NCBI GenBank assembly: GCA_022447485.1
Contig: JAKVCH010000001.1
Coordinates: 1 to 38,992, forward strand
DNA from: Polyangiaceae bacterium
GTDB taxonomy: Bacteria; Myxococcota_A; Polyangia; Polyangiales; Polyangiaceae
Reading direction: 5' to 3'
DNA: 38,992 bases
The notes beneath the pieces were generated by a model. The model saw nothing but the letters and a program-made list of their open reading frames with translations, did no database searches and had not been told where the DNA came from. Shown here piece after piece: positions 36,094 to 38,992 of the stretch. The first letter of the stretch is position 1. The number at the start of each line of letters is the position of its first letter. A program made the translations under genes and the position numbers.

Positions 36094-37833
36094 ATGAAAC
36101 CTATTTGGCGACGAAGAACCCTTGCTCTGGTCCTGGGCATCCTCTCACTGACCGCACCTCTTCTCGCCCAGGAGGGAAGTCGCCCCACGCCGACAACCTC
36201 CGAGCCAACGGCCTCAGAGCCAGCGGCTGAAGAAATTCAAGCCCTCGAAGGAGATGCGCTGGCAGGGTCCAGTGACGAGTCGCCAGCCCTGAAGCTGATG
36301 AATAAGACATTGAATACCTCTCTCGGAGCCGTGAATAGCTTTGTGAGCAGCAGTATCTTTTTTGATGTCAGCTTTGGTGCTTTTCATGCACCAGAATTCG
36401 AAAATGGCGAAGTTGTGCTGGACCAAACTGGCGCGCCAAAAATGAAGGTCATACCAATTCCTTTCATCGTGGCTCTCTTGGCCATCGGCGGCGTACTCTT
36501 CAGCGCCTACTATCGTTTCGTCAACATCACAGGGTTTAAACACGCTATCGATATTGTTCGCGGCAAGTTCGACCACGAGACAGATATTGGTGAGATCTCT
36601 CACTTTCGCGCTCTCACCAGCGCGCTTTCTGCCACGGTAGGCCTCGGTAATATTGCTGGGGTGGCCATCGCCATTCAACTGGGTGGACCAGGTGCAGTTT
36701 TTTGGATGTTTTTGGCCGCTTTTTTTGGCATGGCCACCAAGTTTTCCAGTTGTACGCTGGCCCAACTCTATCGAAAGAAAAATGAAGACGGCTCTTTTTC
36801 CGGGGGTCCCATGTACTATCTCGATCTTGGCCTGAAAAACCGCAATCCACTCATCAAGTGGATTGGAAAGTCGCTCGCCTTACTTTACGGCGTCATGATC
36901 ATGGTTGGCTCCATGGGCGGCGGCAATATGTTCCAATCAAATCAGAGCTTCGAAGCTCTTCACACGGCCTTCGGCGTGGACCAAAAGTCGAGCTGGATCT
37001 TTGGACTGCTCATGGCGCTCGCCGTGGGTGTTGTGATTCTTGGAGGCATTCGGCGCATTGGCGCCGCAACCAGTCGTATCGTTCCCTTGATGGTTGGCAC
37101 CTATATTCTTGCCGCAATCGCCGTGCTCGGAGCCAACTTCTCGCAAATTCCTTTGGCCGTCTCCCTGATTTTCGCCAAGGCATTCTCCGCCAATGCGGCC
37201 TACGGAGGAGCGATTGGCGTCTTGGTCTGGGGCGTGACTCGCGCTTCATTCTCCAACGAAGCAGGCCTTGGTTCTGCCGCGATCGCCCACGCCGCCGCAA
37301 AAACAGATGAGCCTGTGAGAGAGGGTCTCGTAGCAATGCTCGGACCATTTATCGATACGATGATTGTCTGCATGACAACCGCCCTCGTCGTGATCGTCAG
37401 TGGCGCATGGAACGATCCATCAATCCCACAAGAAGCCGGCGTTTCACTGACAACAGCCGCGTTTGCGACAGTTTTGCCTTGGTTTCCTAAGGTCCTGGCA
37501 ATTTGCGTTCTTCTTTTCGCCTACTCCACAATGATCTCCTGGTGTTACTATGGCGAACGGGGCTGGATCTACATTATGGATCACTTCAACGGTCGAGGCG
37601 TCGCCACTGTCGGAGTCTTCCGCGTTATTTTTGTCTGTTTCGTCTTCATTGGTGCGGTTGCCAAATTAGAGGCGGTCTTGGACTTCTCCGACCTGCTGAT
37701 TCTCTGCATGGCATTTCCCAATCTCATCGGTAGCGCCTTCTTGGCGCCCCGTATTAAGGCGGCCTTGGCCGACTACTGGAACCGTGTTCGACCCGCCCAT
37801 CAAGCTGCCGCCGCTCAAAACCCGGGGCAATGA
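36094..37833 (+). CDS. Alanine/glycine:cation symporter (AGCS family)
   Basis: GKFDHETDIGEISHFRALTSALSATVGLGNIAGVAIAIQLGGPGAVFWMFLAAFFGMATKF is the AGCS signature region. The first ~68 aa form an atypical signal-peptide-plus-acidic extension, and the alternative start ATG 36298 would remove it. Confidence 0.88.
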   Translation: MKPIWRRRTLALVLGILSLTAPLLAQEGSRPTPTTSEPTASEPAAEEIQALEGDALAGSSDESPALKLMNKTLNTSLGAVNSFVSSSIFFDVSFGAFHAPEFENGEVVLDQTGAPKMKVIPIPFIVALLAIGGVLFSAYYRFVNITGFKHAIDIVRGKFDHETDIGEISHFRALTSALSATVGLGNIAGVAIAIQLGGPGAVFWMFLAAFFGMATKFSSCTLAQLYRKKNEDGSFSGGPMYYLDLGLKNRNPLIKWIGKSLALLYGVMIMVGSMGGGNMFQSNQSFEALHTAFGVDQKSSWIFGLLMALAVGVVILGGIRRIGAATSRIVPLMVGTYILAAIAVLGANFSQIPLAVSLIFAKAFSANAAYGGAIGVLVWGVTRASFSNEAGLGSAAIAHAAAKTDEPVREGLVAMLGPFIDTMIVCMTTALVVIVSGAWNDPSIPQEAGVSLTTAAFATVLPWFPKVLAICVLLFAYSTMISWCYYGERGWIYIMDHFNGRGVATVGVFRVIFVCFVFIGAVAKLEAVLDFSDLLILCMAFPNLIGSAFLAPRIKAALADYWNRVRPAHQAAAAQNPGQ

Positions 37834-37845
37834 ACTCAAGAACTG

Positions 37846-37931
37846 AGAAAACAGCTGCACTGTAGAGAGCGAAACGAGAGGCTCACAAGAGAGAAGCTCA
37901 ACCTCTTCTTCTCATCAGAAAGCTGTTTTCT
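37846..37931 (+). other. 11 bp perfect inverted repeat enclosing 64 nt, between the symporter gene and tyrA
   Basis: AGAAAACAGCT (37846-37856) and AGCTGTTTTCT (37921-37931) are exact reverse complements. The enclosed segment contains a smaller GAGAAG/CTTCTC pairing. Confidence 0.5.
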
Positions 37932-37933
37932 AC

Positions 37934-38875
37934 TTGCTCCCTCCATCGCTGACATGGCACAGGCTCTTTGTCGTGGAAGATTTGCATATCACCATTTTAG
38001 GCACTGGATTGATCGGTGGCTCAATTGCCCTGGCGCTGAAAGAAGGCGGTTGGTCCGGAAAAATTGTCGGTATTGATCGTCACTTGCCTGGGAGCGTCGA
38101 TAGCCAAAGCCCAGCAACCGCTCTCCAAAGCCCTTCAAGAACCGGTCCACCTGGCGCAGTAAATGCCTTTGACGCCTTTTGTTGGGCCGACGAGCGCACC
38201 AAATGCGAAGAATGGCTCGCAAGAACGCATTTGGCGATCCTAGCGATGCCTGTTGGCGGAATCATTGCGAATCTGCCTGAGGTGCTCGATGCCACGAGCG
38301 GCTTTGTCACCGATTGCGGTTCCACCAAATATGCTATTCAGCAAGCCATCAAAGACCACCCGAAACGGGAGCGATTCGTGCCAGGCCATCCCATGGCTGG
38401 ACGCCCGATTGGCGGCATTGAAAATTCTTTAGGAAGTCTCTTTCGAAATCGAAAATGGGTCCTCTGCCCCGAGCTCAGTAGTCATGAAGCTCTGAGCGAA
38501 GTAAAAAAAGCGCTATCTCTGACCGGCTGCGAGGTCATTGAAATGTCAGCGATTGAACATGATAAAAATGTAGCTCTGACCAGCCATCTCCCTCAAATTC
38601 TAGCCAGCGCCCTCTCGGCGAATACTGGGGAAAGCGCAAGAAAAACAGCGGGACCAGGTTTTGATTCGGCGGTCCGCGTAGCTGGAGGTGGGGCTGCCAT
38701 GTGGCGCGATATCTTCAAAACGAATGCCGGACCCATCGCGAGAGAATTAAAGGCTCTTGCTCTGCAGTTGGAGGGGATTGCCCAGGAGCTCGAAGAGATT
38801 CATCAAACCGAAAACAAAGAGGCGCCTGAGTTGCTCTTGAAGCTTCTGGCTTTGGCTCGAAGTAAGCGTCAATAG
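37934..38875 (+). CDS. tyrA: Prephenate dehydrogenase
   Basis: Rossmann motif ITILGTGLIGGSIALAL and catalytic GHPMAG. The start is uncertain: TTG 37934, GTG 37973 or TTG 37982, all in frame. Confidence 0.85.
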   Translation: MLPPSLTWHRLFVVEDLHITILGTGLIGGSIALALKEGGWSGKIVGIDRHLPGSVDSQSPATALQSPSRTGPPGAVNAFDAFCWADERTKCEEWLARTHLAILAMPVGGIIANLPEVLDATSGFVTDCGSTKYAIQQAIKDHPKRERFVPGHPMAGRPIGGIENSLGSLFRNRKWVLCPELSSHEALSEVKKALSLTGCEVIEMSAIEHDKNVALTSHLPQILASALSANTGESARKTAGPGFDSAVRVAGGGAAMWRDIFKTNAGPIARELKALALQLEGIAQELEEIHQTENKEAPELLLKLLALARSKRQ

Positions 38876-38992
38876 GAGCGGTTCGTCTCTACTCCAGCTT
38901 CAGCGAACTTCTACCGATTTTGCTGGACGGCAATCGGATCTTCCTGTCTCGATTGAATCGACCAATTGGCACAGGTCATCAATCTGGCACAA

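Overview
The window is about 39 kb at roughly 52% GC, densely packed with single-copy housekeeping genes on both strands. The gene set suggests a Myxococcota/Bdellovibrionota-type (deltaproteobacteria-like) chromosome: CarD/CdnL, a DUF4388-J-domain-TPR protein, a PEGA-domain protein, a VKOR-DsbA fusion and histone H1-like Lys/Ala-rich proteins. This lineage call is an inference. Confident calls are carD, rnc, trmL, trpS, zapA, fused aroK-aroB, dapF, queE, rph, topA, rpoZ, a CbpA-type J-protein, ygiQ, rnr, serS, an alanine/glycine:cation symporter and tyrA. A beta-class DNA methyltransferase, a SAM methyltransferase and a parvulin PPIase are also supported, plus several lipoproteins and hypothetical proteins. 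I found no tRNA, rRNA, CRISPR array, transposase, integrase or recognisable defence or toxin genes. I cannot point to a convincing novel multi-gene system, and the region reads as core genome. Five leads are worth a second look. (1) A 1.15 kb ORF-poor, hairpin-rich gap upstream of carD that no feature explains. (2) RNase R is split by a single-base frame change inside its S1 domain. (3) An outer-membrane-type protein has its only plausible signal peptide interrupted by an in-frame TAG. (4) A PEGA-domain protein is overlapped by a lipoprotein whose phosphodiesterase/sulfatase-like domain appears to lack catalytic residues. (5) Lys/Ala-rich H1-like low-complexity modules recur, once as a free-standing gene and again as the TopA tail and an RNase R insert. 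Function calls rest on remembered family motifs, not on searches. Many start codons are ambiguous because the ORF track includes GTG/TTG starts.
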